DNA of 36,722 bases from an uncultured Gammaproteobacteria bacterium (lineage in GTDB: Bacteria > Patescibacteriota > Patescibacteriia > Patescibacteriales > UBA12465): NCBI GenBank assembly GCA_964559375.1, contig CAZLGE010000003.1, forward strand, positions 1-36,722, written 5' to 3'. Every line of letters starts with the position of its first letter. Within the stretch, counting starts at the first letter, position 1. The notes under the pieces are model-generated. The model was not told the DNA's origin, ran no database searches, and saw only the letters and a list, made by a program, of their open reading frames with translations. This document shows, in pieces, positions 17,366 to 26,054 of the stretch. The position numbers were made by a program, and so were the translations under genes.

Positions 17366-18760
17366 ATGAAACAGACCGCTGATAATTCCCTGGATAAGAT
17401 AGTGGCCCTGTCTAAGCGCCGCGGCTTTGTTTTTCCCTCCTCGGAAATATATGACGGCTTCACCGCCGTTTACGATTTTGGACCTTACGGCGTGGAACTC
17501 GCCAACAATATCAAGAAGGAGTGGTGGCGATCTATGACCCAGCTCCGTGATGATGTTGTCGGGTTGGATTCGGCTATTTTCATGAGTCCGAAGATCTGGG
17601 AAGCCTCCGGTCACGTTACCGGATTTTCTGATCCGCTTACTGAATGCCGGAAATGCCACAGTCGTTTGCGGCTCGATGCTCTTTTGGAAGAGGCCGGTAT
17701 CTTGGCTGATGAAAAGATGGGTGAAGAGGAAATCAATAAGATTTTTGATGAAAATCGTGCTCAGATAAAGTGTCCGGTCTGCGGAGCGACGGATTTTACT
17801 CCCGGACGAAAATTTAACCTGCTTGTCCAATCTAATCTGGGAAACTTTACGGGCGATTGGTCTAAAGAACCGACTTATCTGCGCGGTGAGACTTGTCAGG
17901 GGATCTATGTCAATTTTAAAAATGTCATCGACACGGCCCGGGTCAAGATACCGTTTGGCATCGCGCAGATCGGCAAAGCTTTCCGCAACGAGATTACGGC
18001 GCGCCAGTTCATTTTCCGCACTCGCGAGTTCGAACAGATGGAAATGCAGTACTTTGTGAAGCCAGGCGACGACAAGAAGTATTATGACCAGTGGAAAGAG
18101 GAGCGCTGGCGATTCTATCTTGACCTTGGACTCAAAGAGAAAAATTTAAAATGGCATAAGCATGAGAATCTCGTCTTCTACGCGAAAGAAGCTTATGACA
18201 TCGAATACAATTTTCCTTTTGGTTTTAAAGAACTGGAAGGCATCCACGCCCGTGGTGATTATGACTTGACTCAGCATAGCCAGCACTCCGGACAAAAGCT
18301 CGATTACCTCGATCCGGTGACGGGCGAGCGATTCGTCCCGCATATCGTTGAGACTTCGGCCGGTGTCGGACGCACCTTCCTGGCCGTCCTTTCGGAGGCT
18401 TATCAAGAGGAAGAAACAGGGGCGGGGGAGAGCCGGATTGTCTTGAAATTAGCCCCTAAACTGGCTCCCATCAAGGTGGCGGTTTTCCCGCTTCTCAAGA
18501 ACAAGCCGGAGCTCGTCAAGAAGGCGCGGGAGATCTTCGATCAGCTAAAATTATCTTGGCGCGCAGAGTTCGATGATAATGGTAACATCGGTAAGCGTTA
18601 CCGCCGGCAGGATGAGATCGGCACTCCTTATTGTGTCACTGTCGATTTTGATAGCCTTGATGCCGATGACGTCACGGTGCGTGACCGCGATAGCATGGAG
18701 CAGCAGAGAATAAAGATTTCCGATTTGAAAATTTTTCTGGAAAAGAAGATTAGGGCGTGA
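17366..18760 (+). CDS. glyQS: Glycine--tRNA ligase (homodimeric alpha2 type)
   Basis: 464 aa. The N-terminus is LSKRRGFVFPSSEIYDG, class II motifs are FRNEITARQFIFRTREFEQME and ETSAGVGRTFLA, and the C-terminal anticodon-binding domain contains GKRYRRQDEIGTPYCVTVD. Confidence 0.92.
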   Translation: MKQTADNSLDKIVALSKRRGFVFPSSEIYDGFTAVYDFGPYGVELANNIKKEWWRSMTQLRDDVVGLDSAIFMSPKIWEASGHVTGFSDPLTECRKCHSRLRLDALLEEAGILADEKMGEEEINKIFDENRAQIKCPVCGATDFTPGRKFNLLVQSNLGNFTGDWSKEPTYLRGETCQGIYVNFKNVIDTARVKIPFGIAQIGKAFRNEITARQFIFRTREFEQMEMQYFVKPGDDKKYYDQWKEERWRFYLDLGLKEKNLKWHKHENLVFYAKEAYDIEYNFPFGFKELEGIHARGDYDLTQHSQHSGQKLDYLDPVTGERFVPHIVETSAGVGRTFLAVLSEAYQEEETGAGESRIVLKLAPKLAPIKVAVFPLLKNKPELVKKAREIFDQLKLSWRAEFDDNGNIGKRYRRQDEIGTPYCVTVDFDSLDADDVTVRDRDSMEQQRIKISDLKIFLEKKIRA

Positions 18761-18774
18761 ACTTTACAATGATG

Positions 18775-18812
18775 ATTCCGCCGCGGGTTACATCCGTTGG
18801 CGGAATTTTTTT
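18775..18812 (+). terminator. Intrinsic terminator of the tyrS-argS-glyQS unit
   Basis: attccgcc (18775..18782) pairs with ggcggaat (18799..18806), followed by a run of 7 T. It starts 15 nt after the glyQS stop. Confidence 0.75.
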
Positions 18813-18830
18813 GTTAATGTCGAAAAACTA

Positions 18831-18859
18831 TTGCTACTTGTTTTGAATAGTTATATAAT
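18831..18859 (+). promoter_or_regulatory. Sigma-70-like promoter for the lysine-rich micro-ORF
   Basis: TTGCTA (18831..18836), 17-nt spacer, TATAAT (18854..18859), about 97 nt upstream of the ATG at 18956. Confidence 0.55.
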
Positions 18860-18955
18860 ATAAGCAAGGTATAAAATTTTGTCTTTCTTTATCGGACGAC
18901 AAGATATTTACCCGATAAGATGTTTTAAAAAATTTTTAAGAAAGGAGGTGATAAT

Positions 18956-19069
18956 ATGGCTAAGAAAAAAGTTGCGAAGAAAGCGGTAAAGAAGATCGCC
19001 AAAAAGAAGGTGGCTAAGAAGCCGGTGAAGAAGGCGACCAAGAAGGCTGCTAAGAAGCGCAAAAAATAA
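18956..19069 (+). CDS. 37-aa lysine-rich, histone H1/Hc1-tail-like small basic protein (not in the supplied ORF track)
   Basis: ATG at 18956 is preceded by aAAGGAGGTGataat, a near-perfect Shine-Dalgarno with 5-nt spacing. The product is MAKKKVAKKAVKKIAKKKVAKKPVKKATKKAAKKRKK, with 20 K and 1 R, no acidic residue, and an (A/V)KKx period. TAA stop at 19067..19069. It is flanked by its own promoter and terminators. Confidence 0.65.
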   Translation: MAKKKVAKKAVKKIAKKKVAKKPVKKATKKAAKKRKK

Positions 19070-19143
19070 TTTTTTAGAATTTATCCGCGGCGGACTTGAT
19101 CCGCGGCGTCCATAAATTTTTTAGTTTGAAAATTATACAAAGG

Positions 19144-19169
19144 CCGTCCCAGGAATCGGGGCGGTTTTT
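19144..19169 (+). terminator. Intrinsic terminator after the lysine-rich micro-ORF
   Basis: ccgtccc (19144..19150), loop aggaatc, ggggcgg (19158..19164, one G-U pair), then ttttt. A weaker CCGCGG/CCGCGG hairpin plus T-run lies at 19085..19127. Confidence 0.6.
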
Positions 19170-19178
19170 GTATCCACG

Positions 19179-19198
19179 CCTTCAGCCGTCCTTCAGCC
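19179..19198 (+). repeat. Tandem 9-bp direct repeat CCTTCAGCC-gt-CCTTCAGCC (11-bp period) in the -35 region of the ComEC-MBL gene
   Basis: Exact copies at 19179..19187 and 19190..19198, 10 nt upstream of a TACAAT -10-like hexamer (19208..19213). Confidence 0.5.
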
Positions 19199-19219
19199 CC
19201 GACCCGCTACAATGGGTTT

Positions 19220-20074
19220 ATGAGAAGATATTTATCGGAAAATAGGTTGAAAATAGCGGCAATTATAATAGGTGCCATTTGTTTGTTCTGGATTTTTTGG
19301 TTCCCGGAGGAGGCGTTTCCCGCGGTCATCTTCTTTGACGTCGGCCAAGGTGATTCCGCCCTCATCCGGACGGGCTCGGGCCCGCTCGTTCTTATTGACG
19401 GTGGTCCGGATAATCGCGTCCTAGGCCAGCTCGGTGAAAATCTTTCCTATCGCGAGAGAGGGATAGATTATCTTATCATCAGCCATTTTCATGATGATCA
19501 TATTACCGGTCTCATCGAGACTCTTAGACGTTTTCAAGTCGGTCGCCTGATTTATGCGCCACCCATCCCGTCATCTCCCCTGGGCGAAGAGTTGTTAGCT
19601 GTTACACGGGAGAAAGCCGTTGAATTGGTGCCGATCAAGAGGGAGGCGGCAATTGGTCTCGGCCCGGATTGCGGACTAACAATCATTAATCCCGATATCC
19701 TCGGAGTCCCAGCCGATGAAAATAATTCTTTGATCGTTCGTTTTTATTGTTCGGATCTCAGGATATTATTTACCGGCGATAACAGCGCCCGGGTGGAGAC
19801 CGCTCTCTTGGCGAGCGATTACGAATTATCAGCCGCGGTTCTTAAGGCAGCGCATCACGGATCTAAGACGGCCAGCGGTGATGCATTTTTGCGAGCGACC
19901 GGGGCAAAATATCTGATCATTTCTTCTGGTGCAGACAACCGTTTCGGGCATCCCCATCCGGAAGTATTGGCTCGAGCTGTTTCTCTGGGAATGATTATCG
20001 TCCGGACGGACAAAGAGGGGAGTATCCGTGTGTCGGCCGATCAGCTACGGGCGGGAAAAAGAGCCGCAGATTAG
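19220..20074 (+). CDS. ComEC/Rec2-type metallo-beta-lactamase domain protein with one N-terminal TM and no competence channel domain
   Basis: 284 aa. The TM is IAAIIIGAICLFWIFWF. The ComEC-MBL signatures are FFDVGQGDSALI, ISHFHDDHITGL, FTGD, AAHHGSK and NRFGHPH. Confidence 0.8.
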   Translation: MRRYLSENRLKIAAIIIGAICLFWIFWFPEEAFPAVIFFDVGQGDSALIRTGSGPLVLIDGGPDNRVLGQLGENLSYRERGIDYLIISHFHDDHITGLIETLRRFQVGRLIYAPPIPSSPLGEELLAVTREKAVELVPIKREAAIGLGPDCGLTIINPDILGVPADENNSLIVRFYCSDLRILFTGDNSARVETALLASDYELSAAVLKAAHHGSKTASGDAFLRATGAKYLIISSGADNRFGHPHPEVLARAVSLGMIIVRTDKEGSIRVSADQLRAGKRAAD

Positions 20075-20108
20075 GGGTTTTTTCTTGTGTTTTAAGCCAA
20101 GATTCCTG

Positions 20109-20137
20109 TTGACCGACCCCTGACAATCTGATATAAT
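20109..20137 (+). promoter_or_regulatory. Sigma-70-like promoter for the UPF0173-ndk unit
   Basis: TTGACC (20109..20114), 17-nt spacer, TATAAT (20132..20137), 44 nt upstream of the ATG at 20181. Confidence 0.55.
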
Positions 20138-20180
20138 CAAAACAGGTTTGAAAGCCGTTTTTATTGTTTTATAGAGATAT

Positions 20181-20825
20181 ATGATTATTACTTGGCAGGG
20201 TCATTCTTGCTTTAAAATACAGGATAAGATTGGTCCCGACGGCGTTACTGTCGCGACTGACCCCTTCGATAAGAAGGTCGGCCTCAAGGTGCCGAATTTT
20301 GAAGCAGACATAGTGACTATTTCTCATCAGCATTACGATCACAATAACTCTGGCGCCTTGCGCGGCAATCCTTTTGTCATTGATACCCCGGGCGAATATG
20401 ACCGGCGAGGTGTGCTGGTCGAGGGGATAGATTCTTATCACGACTCTCAGAGCGGCGCCGAACGCGGCCACAACATTATTTTTCGTATCGAGCTGGACGA
20501 CATATCGATCGTCCATCTGGGCGACCTCGGGCACACACTTGATAATTTCCAGCTCGAGAGGCTGGCCGGCACCGACATCCTCTTGATTCCGGTGGGCGGT
20601 AAATATACGATCGACGCGGGTCAGGCGGTAGAAGTGATTGCTCAGATTGAACCCCGGATAGTGATCCCCATGCATTACAAGACTAAAGATTTGCAGATTG
20701 ATATCGAGGGTGTGGACCGATTCGTGAAGGCGATCGGACTGACGCCGACCTATGAGGAGAAGCTGAAGATTTCTAAACGCGACTTGCCCGCAGAGGAGAT
20801 GGAATTAGTAATATTAAGTCTTTAA
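20181..20825 (+). CDS. UPF0173-family metal-dependent hydrolase (MBL fold)
   Basis: 214 aa. The family-typical N-terminus MIITWQGHSCFKIQ is present, along with ISHQHYDHNN, HLGDLGH and IPMHY. Confidence 0.8.
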   Translation: MIITWQGHSCFKIQDKIGPDGVTVATDPFDKKVGLKVPNFEADIVTISHQHYDHNNSGALRGNPFVIDTPGEYDRRGVLVEGIDSYHDSQSGAERGHNIIFRIELDDISIVHLGDLGHTLDNFQLERLAGTDILLIPVGGKYTIDAGQAVEVIAQIEPRIVIPMHYKTKDLQIDIEGVDRFVKAIGLTPTYEEKLKISKRDLPAEEMELVILSL

Positions 20826-20834
20826 ACAAATAGT

Positions 20835-21437
20835 ATGATTAACCCCAAGATAGAACGGACGCTTGTAATCTTGAAGCCTGACGCCGTTCAGCGCGGACTT
20901 ATCGGTGAGACCATCCGACGGATTGAGAACACCGGGCTCAAGCTGATTGCCCTCAAGATATCTTCCGCCGCTGAAGACCAACTGTGGAAGCATTATAATA
21001 AAGATGAAGCCTGGTTTATCCAGAAGGGAGAGCGCATTGTCGAAGAGCGGAAAGCGGCTGGCATGCCAGTCGATAAGGAGGCGCTCGAATACGGTAAAGA
21101 CATCATCCGGGCGCTCGTCAAATTTATGAGCGCTGGTCCTGTCGTGCCGATGATTTGGGAAGGCAATCAGGCGGCCGGCATCGTTAAGAAGATCGTCGGG
21201 TCCACCGAGCCGCTGTCTTCGGACGCTGGTACGATCCGCGGCGACTATACTTTAGATTCATATGAGCTGGCCAGCCTTGATGAACGCGCTGTTCGCAATC
21301 TTGTTCATTGCTCCGACCCCGCTGAGGATGCCTTAAGGGAAATTCCGCTCTGGTTTTCGGAAGAAGAGATTTTGAAGTACCGGCTGATCGCGGAGCAGAT
21401 ATTGTACGATATTAACTTGGACGGCCTGAAGGAATAA
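20835..21437 (+). CDS. ndk: Nucleoside-diphosphate kinase, long variant
   Basis: 200 aa. NDK landmarks are ERTLVILKPDAVQRGLIGE, MSAGPVVPMIWEG, GTIRGDY and NLVHCSD (catalytic His retained). Compared with ~140-150-aa NDKs it has an insert of about 30 aa and a C-terminal extension. Confidence 0.85.
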   Translation: MINPKIERTLVILKPDAVQRGLIGETIRRIENTGLKLIALKISSAAEDQLWKHYNKDEAWFIQKGERIVEERKAAGMPVDKEALEYGKDIIRALVKFMSAGPVVPMIWEGNQAAGIVKKIVGSTEPLSSDAGTIRGDYTLDSYELASLDERAVRNLVHCSDPAEDALREIPLWFSEEEILKYRLIAEQILYDINLDGLKE

Positions 21438-21462
21438 ATCCTCGGGCTGTCTTTAAATCATT

Positions 21463-21930
21463 ATGACGGAAGAAGAACGCCGGCGGAAGATTTTTTGGTT
21501 GCGCCTCGCGACAGCCACGATTACCGTGCTTGTCCTGTTTATCTGGGTCGCAAATTTGAAAAACATCTGGCGCCAGAGCGAAGATCTGTCACCGGCTGTC
21601 CCGGATTCCCAGTGGGCGGACTTCCGGGAAGAACTAAATCGGTCGTTGAGTGATATTCAAGACAACCTAGAGCGGCGTAGTGCGGCTTCAAATCCGGCTT
21701 CGACGACTCCTGTCACTCCGATCAGCGATGAGGAGCAGCTTATTCTTGAAGATATCCTGAAAGAAACGGTGGAGAAAGCCGCCTCTAGCGCTACTGGGAC
21801 AGCTGAAGTGAGGAGACAGTCGTGTCCGGAATGGATAAATTGTATGCCGACCTTTGGCGATCCCGGTGGCGCTACGCGTGCCTGCATCGTCCCGCCCGGT
21901 TGTGAAGATATCACTCAGATCGCCTACTAA
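21463..21930 (+). CDS. Hypothetical membrane-anchored protein with a Cys-rich C-terminus
   Basis: 155 aa. The N-terminal TM is [16 protein letters not shown], followed by an acidic low-complexity linker. The C-terminus, [35 protein letters not shown], carries 4 Cys. Confidence 0.6.
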   Translation: MTEEERRRKIFWLRLATATITVLVLFIWVANLKNIWRQSEDLSPAVPDSQWADFREELNRSLSDIQDNLERRSAASNPASTTPVTPISDEEQLILEDILKETVEKAASSATGTAEVRRQSCPEWINCMPTFGDPGGATRACIVPPGCEDITQIAY

Positions 21931-21941
21931 AGATAGTATTT

Positions 21942-24449
21942 ATGCCCAAAGAACCCAAAGATAAGCCGGTCCCGACTCCGGCGGCCAGTTCCCGACAGCA
22001 GACAGCCTACGGCCTGGTCGAAGATCAACCAATCGTCGATGAAATGTCCAAGTCATATCTGGAATACGCGATGAGCGTGATAGTTTCACGGGCTCTTCCG
22101 GATGTTCGTGACGGCTTGAAGCCGGTCCATCGCCGCATCCTTTATGCGATGTGGAGCATCGGCCTCCGGGCCACCGCCAAGTTTCGTAAATCAGCGACCG
22201 TCGTCGGTGAAGTTTTGGGTAAATACCATCCGCACGGTGACAGCGCTGTCTACGATTCGATGGTTCGCATGGCTCAAGACTTTTCGATGCGCTATCCGCT
22301 TGTGCGCGGTCAGGGTAATTTTGGTTCCATGGACGGCGATAACCCAGCAGCTATGCGCTACACGGAAGCCAAGCTGGCGGCGGTGGCCGAAGAAATGCTT
22401 TTTGATATCGATAAGGATACGGTTGATTTCATCCCGAATTACGACGGTAGCCATAAAGAGCCGCGCCTTCTGCCTGCTCGTTTGCCCAACCTGCTTTTAA
22501 ATGGCACGATGGGTATCGCGGTGGGCATGTCGACTAACATCCCTCCTCACAACCTCCGCGAGCTGGCCGATGCTATTGACTATCTGATCGCTAATCCCGA
22601 AGCAACCGTTGAAGACTTGATGCAGTTTGTTAAAGGGCCGGATTTCCCGACCGGCGGCATAATCTATGACAAGAAGGAGATCCAAGCTGCTTACGCTACG
22701 GGTAAGGGGGGCGTAGTCGTGCGTGGCCGCGCCGAAGTCGAAGAAGAGAAAGGCGGCGGTTGGCGCATTATCATTTCCGAGGTGCCTTTCCAGGTCAATA
22801 AGGCTGACCTGGTCGAAAAGATTGCCGATTTGGTTAAGGACAAGAAGATTGAGGGCGTAAAAGCGCTCCGCGATGAATCTGATAAGGACGGTGTGCGCGT
22901 GGTCATCGAGCTCAAGAAAGATTCCTACCCTAAAAAGATTTTAAATAGCCTCTATAAGCACACTTCTCTCCAGACTACTTTCCACATGAATATGTTGGCG
23001 CTCGTTGACGGGCTCCAACCGAAAGTCCTGACTCTTAAGATGATTCTGGAGGAGTACATTAAACACCGTGAGACAGTGGTCCGTCGCCGCACCCTGTTCG
23101 ATCTGAATAAGGCTAAAGACCGCGCCCATATATTGGAAGGTCTCATGATTGCGCTCAAGAATATCGACGACGTCATAAAGACGATTAAGGCTTCTAAAGA
23201 TAAAGAAGTGGCTAAGGCCAACTTGATGAAGAAATTCAAGTTGTCTGATCGGCAAGCGGTCGCCATCTTGGAGATGCGTTTGCAGGGCCTGGCTAATCTT
23301 GAACAGCTCAGGGTAGAACAGGAGTTCAAGGAAAAGCAGAAACTGATCAAGGAACTAGAGAACATCCTGAAGTCGGCCACCAAGATCCGCGGCATCGTCC
23401 GCGATGAACTCAAAGTGTTGGCTGATAAATTTGGCGATGAACGTCGCACCCAGGTGGTTGCGCACGGCATCAAAGAGTTCAGTATGGAGGATCTAGTTCC
23501 CAACGAGGAGACGGTTGTAATGATGACTCGGGATGGCTATATCAAACGGCTTGAGCCGAGCACCTTTAAGGTCCAGGCGCGCGGTGGTAAAGGCGTGATG
23601 GGCCTCACGACCAAGGAAGAAGATATGGTCGAGTTCATGTTTACATCTCAGACGCATCATGACGTCCTTTTCTTCACGACCAAAGGACGGGTTTTCCAGC
23701 TTAAAGTTTATGAAATTCCCCAGGCCTCACGCGTCGCTAAAGGTACGCCGGTTGTAAATTTCCTCCAGCTCATCGGCGGCGAACAAGTCTCGTCTATCCT
23801 GCCGCTCGATAAGACGGTGTTTAGTAAGTATTTCTTTTTTGCCACCGAAAAAGGACTGGTTAAGAAGGTTGAGATTGGGGCCTTCGCTAATGTCCGTCGC
23901 AGCGGACTAATTGCCATCAAGATCAAGGAGGACGACAAGTTGATCTGGGTCAAACCCACTTCCGGGAGCGATCATGTTCAGCTTATTACGGCCCAGGGAC
24001 AAGTAATTCGTTTCGCCGAAACCGACGTTCGGGATATGGGCCGCGGCGCCGCTGGCGTCCACGGTATCCGGTTACATAAGAATGATCTCGTGATCGGCAT
24101 GGGCGTCGCTAAAATGGACAAGGAAAAGAAGCGCCGCTATCAGATCCTGACCATCATGGCTCATGGTTTCGGAAAGAGAACTGATCTGAGCGCGTATAAG
24201 GTCCAAGGCCGGGGCGGCAGTGGCATCAAGACCGCCAAGGTTACCACTAAGACCGGCGACATTACGAATGCTTTCCTGATCAACGCCGATTCTATGGAAG
24301 GACGCGATCTGATAATCATCTCTTCTAAAGGTCAGGTAATCAGGACACCTTTCAAGTCCGTCAGTCTTCTTGGTCGCGATACCCAGGGCGTCCGGATTAT
24401 GCGTTTTAAGGACGCGGGCGACAAGGTAGCCGGCGTAACCTGGATCTAG
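21942..24449 (+). CDS. gyrA: DNA gyrase subunit A
   Basis: 835 aa. [27 protein letters not shown] is present, as is the active-site AAMRYTE. The GyrA-box-like QARGGKG in the first blade of the C-terminal beta-pinwheel supports GyrA over ParC. Confidence 0.92.
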   Translation: MPKEPKDKPVPTPAASSRQQTAYGLVEDQPIVDEMSKSYLEYAMSVIVSRALPDVRDGLKPVHRRILYAMWSIGLRATAKFRKSATVVGEVLGKYHPHGDSAVYDSMVRMAQDFSMRYPLVRGQGNFGSMDGDNPAAMRYTEAKLAAVAEEMLFDIDKDTVDFIPNYDGSHKEPRLLPARLPNLLLNGTMGIAVGMSTNIPPHNLRELADAIDYLIANPEATVEDLMQFVKGPDFPTGGIIYDKKEIQAAYATGKGGVVVRGRAEVEEEKGGGWRIIISEVPFQVNKADLVEKIADLVKDKKIEGVKALRDESDKDGVRVVIELKKDSYPKKILNSLYKHTSLQTTFHMNMLALVDGLQPKVLTLKMILEEYIKHRETVVRRRTLFDLNKAKDRAHILEGLMIALKNIDDVIKTIKASKDKEVAKANLMKKFKLSDRQAVAILEMRLQGLANLEQLRVEQEFKEKQKLIKELENILKSATKIRGIVRDELKVLADKFGDERRTQVVAHGIKEFSMEDLVPNEETVVMMTRDGYIKRLEPSTFKVQARGGKGVMGLTTKEEDMVEFMFTSQTHHDVLFFTTKGRVFQLKVYEIPQASRVAKGTPVVNFLQLIGGEQVSSILPLDKTVFSKYFFFATEKGLVKKVEIGAFANVRRSGLIAIKIKEDDKLIWVKPTSGSDHVQLITAQGQVIRFAETDVRDMGRGAAGVHGIRLHKNDLVIGMGVAKMDKEKKRRYQILTIMAHGFGKRTDLSAYKVQGRGGSGIKTAKVTTKTGDITNAFLINADSMEGRDLIIISSKGQVIRTPFKSVSLLGRDTQGVRIMRFKDAGDKVAGVTWI

Positions 24450-24467
24450 TTAGTTTTTAGCAGCCTT

Positions 24468-24893
24468 ATGAAAAAATTTCTTCAAGAATTCAAGGAGTTT
24501 GCCGTCAAAGGCAATGTTATCGATCTGGCGGTCGCCGTTATCATCGGCGGCGCCTTCGGCAAGATAATCTCTTCGTTCGTCGCGGATGTAATCATGCCGC
24601 CACTTGGTCTCCTGATGGGCGGTATTAATCTGTCAGATCGAAAATGGCTCCTTAAAGAGGCAGTCGGAGATCGGCCGGCCATCATCATGAATATCGGCGC
24701 CTTCTGGCAGAACGTTCTAGATTTTCTCATCATCGCTCTGGCGGTCTTCCTGATGGTTAAAGCTGTTTTGGTCCTGAAGGAGAAAGTAAAAAAAGAGGAT
24801 AAACCAGACGAACTACCGGTGGCGACTTTGACGAAAGATCAAGAATTATTAGCGGAAATAAGGGATCTCTTGAAGGCAAAAGATAGTCGTTAA
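24468..24893 (+). CDS. mscL: Large-conductance mechanosensitive channel
   Basis: 141 aa. FKEFAVKGNVIDLAVAVIIGGAFGKII...PPLG is the canonical MscL TM1 and loop. Confidence 0.92.
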   Translation: MKKFLQEFKEFAVKGNVIDLAVAVIIGGAFGKIISSFVADVIMPPLGLLMGGINLSDRKWLLKEAVGDRPAIIMNIGAFWQNVLDFLIIALAVFLMVKAVLVLKEKVKKEDKPDELPVATLTKDQELLAEIRDLLKAKDSR

Positions 24894-24896
24894 GAG

Positions 24897-24919
24897 AAGG
24901 GGCCCCGTGCCCCTTTTTT
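24897..24919 (+). terminator. Intrinsic terminator after mscL
   Basis: aaggggc (24897..24903), loop cccgt, gcccctt (24909..24915), with the T-run continuing to 24919. It starts 4 nt after the stop. Confidence 0.7.
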
Positions 24920-24961
24920 GATACTATAAAAAAATCCCCGCATACTCTATAATCTAAGTAT

Positions 24962-26050
24962 ATGGATAATTTTTTTACTATCGCTTTACTACTCGTTTTG
25001 ACCGTCGGCATCATCGCCGTCATTTTCTTGCTACTCCGTCAGAAGGGGGGCGGCTCGGACGAGAAGATGGGCGCGCTCCTTGAGAGACTAGAGATGCTCC
25101 GTCAGCAGAATAATGAGCTTCGTCAGGAGATGGACAAGAAACTCTCAGAGACACATCGAACTAATCAAGAGCAGTTCGGACAGAACGCTAAGATTGTTCA
25201 GAATATTACTTCTCAATCGGCCAAACTGATTGCCGAGGTGACTGAGCGTCTGACCAAACTCGACGAGACGAACAAGCAGGTGGTAAATTTTTCCGCCCAG
25301 CTCCAGGGTTTGCAGGATATTTTAAAGAATCCCAAGCAGCGGGGCATCTTGGGGGAGTATTTCCTAGAAGAAACTTTAAAAAATGTCTTGCCGCCTAGGT
25401 CCTATCAGATGCAGTACCCTTTCAAGGACGGTACGATCGTCGATGCGGTGGTTTTCGTCAAGGACAAGATCATTCCGATCGACGCCAAATTTTCGTTAGA
25501 AAATTACGAGCGGCTCATCAACTGCGATGACGTCGAGACACGCAAGAAACTAGAGCTGCAGTTCAAGCAGGACCTAAAGAACCGGATTGATGAGACTGCC
25601 AAGTATGTAAAGACGGCGGAAAATACCCTGGAGTTCGCCTTCATGTTCATCCCGTCTGAAGCGATCTACTACGATTTGCTCGTTAATTCCGTGGGCGCCG
25701 TTAAAGTGAATACCCGCGACTTGATCGAATATGCCTTCCGCGACAAGAAAGTAATCATCGTTTCGCCGACCTCTTTCCTGGCTTACCTCCAGACCGTCCT
25801 CCAGGGCCTTAAAGCCATGCAGATCGAAGAACAGGCTAAGGAGATCATTGCCAAGATAGAAAAGCTGCAGAAGCACATGGGCAGCTATGACGAATTCATG
25901 AAGAAACTTGGCGTTAGCATGTCAGCGACGGTCAACCATTATAATAATGCCTACGTGGAGTTTAGGAAGATTGATAAGGACGTGACGAAAATCACGGATA
26001 CGGAGAGCCGGATCGAAGTCCTAAAGATCGAACGGCCGAAGGCCAACTGA
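24962..26050 (+). CDS. rmuC: DNA recombination protein RmuC
   Basis: 362 aa with an N-terminal TM and a coiled coil. The RmuC core is RGILGEYFLEE...LP, IVDAVVF, IPIDAKF and FMFIPSEAIY (PD-(D/E)xK-like). Confidence 0.88.
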   Translation: MDNFFTIALLLVLTVGIIAVIFLLLRQKGGGSDEKMGALLERLEMLRQQNNELRQEMDKKLSETHRTNQEQFGQNAKIVQNITSQSAKLIAEVTERLTKLDETNKQVVNFSAQLQGLQDILKNPKQRGILGEYFLEETLKNVLPPRSYQMQYPFKDGTIVDAVVFVKDKIIPIDAKFSLENYERLINCDDVETRKKLELQFKQDLKNRIDETAKYVKTAENTLEFAFMFIPSEAIYYDLLVNSVGAVKVNTRDLIEYAFRDKKVIIVSPTSFLAYLQTVLQGLKAMQIEEQAKEIIAKIEKLQKHMGSYDEFMKKLGVSMSATVNHYNNAYVEFRKIDKDVTKITDTESRIEVLKIERPKAN

Positions 26051-26054
26051 TTCT

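Noticed and set aside
19083-19108. The direct repeat ATCCGCGGCG x2 (19083..19092 and 19099..19108) as a regulatory repeat or mini-array.
   Set aside because: There are only two copies. Because CCGCGG is self-complementary, the pair most simply forms a 6-bp GC hairpin followed by a T-run, that is, an auxiliary terminator after the micro-ORF.
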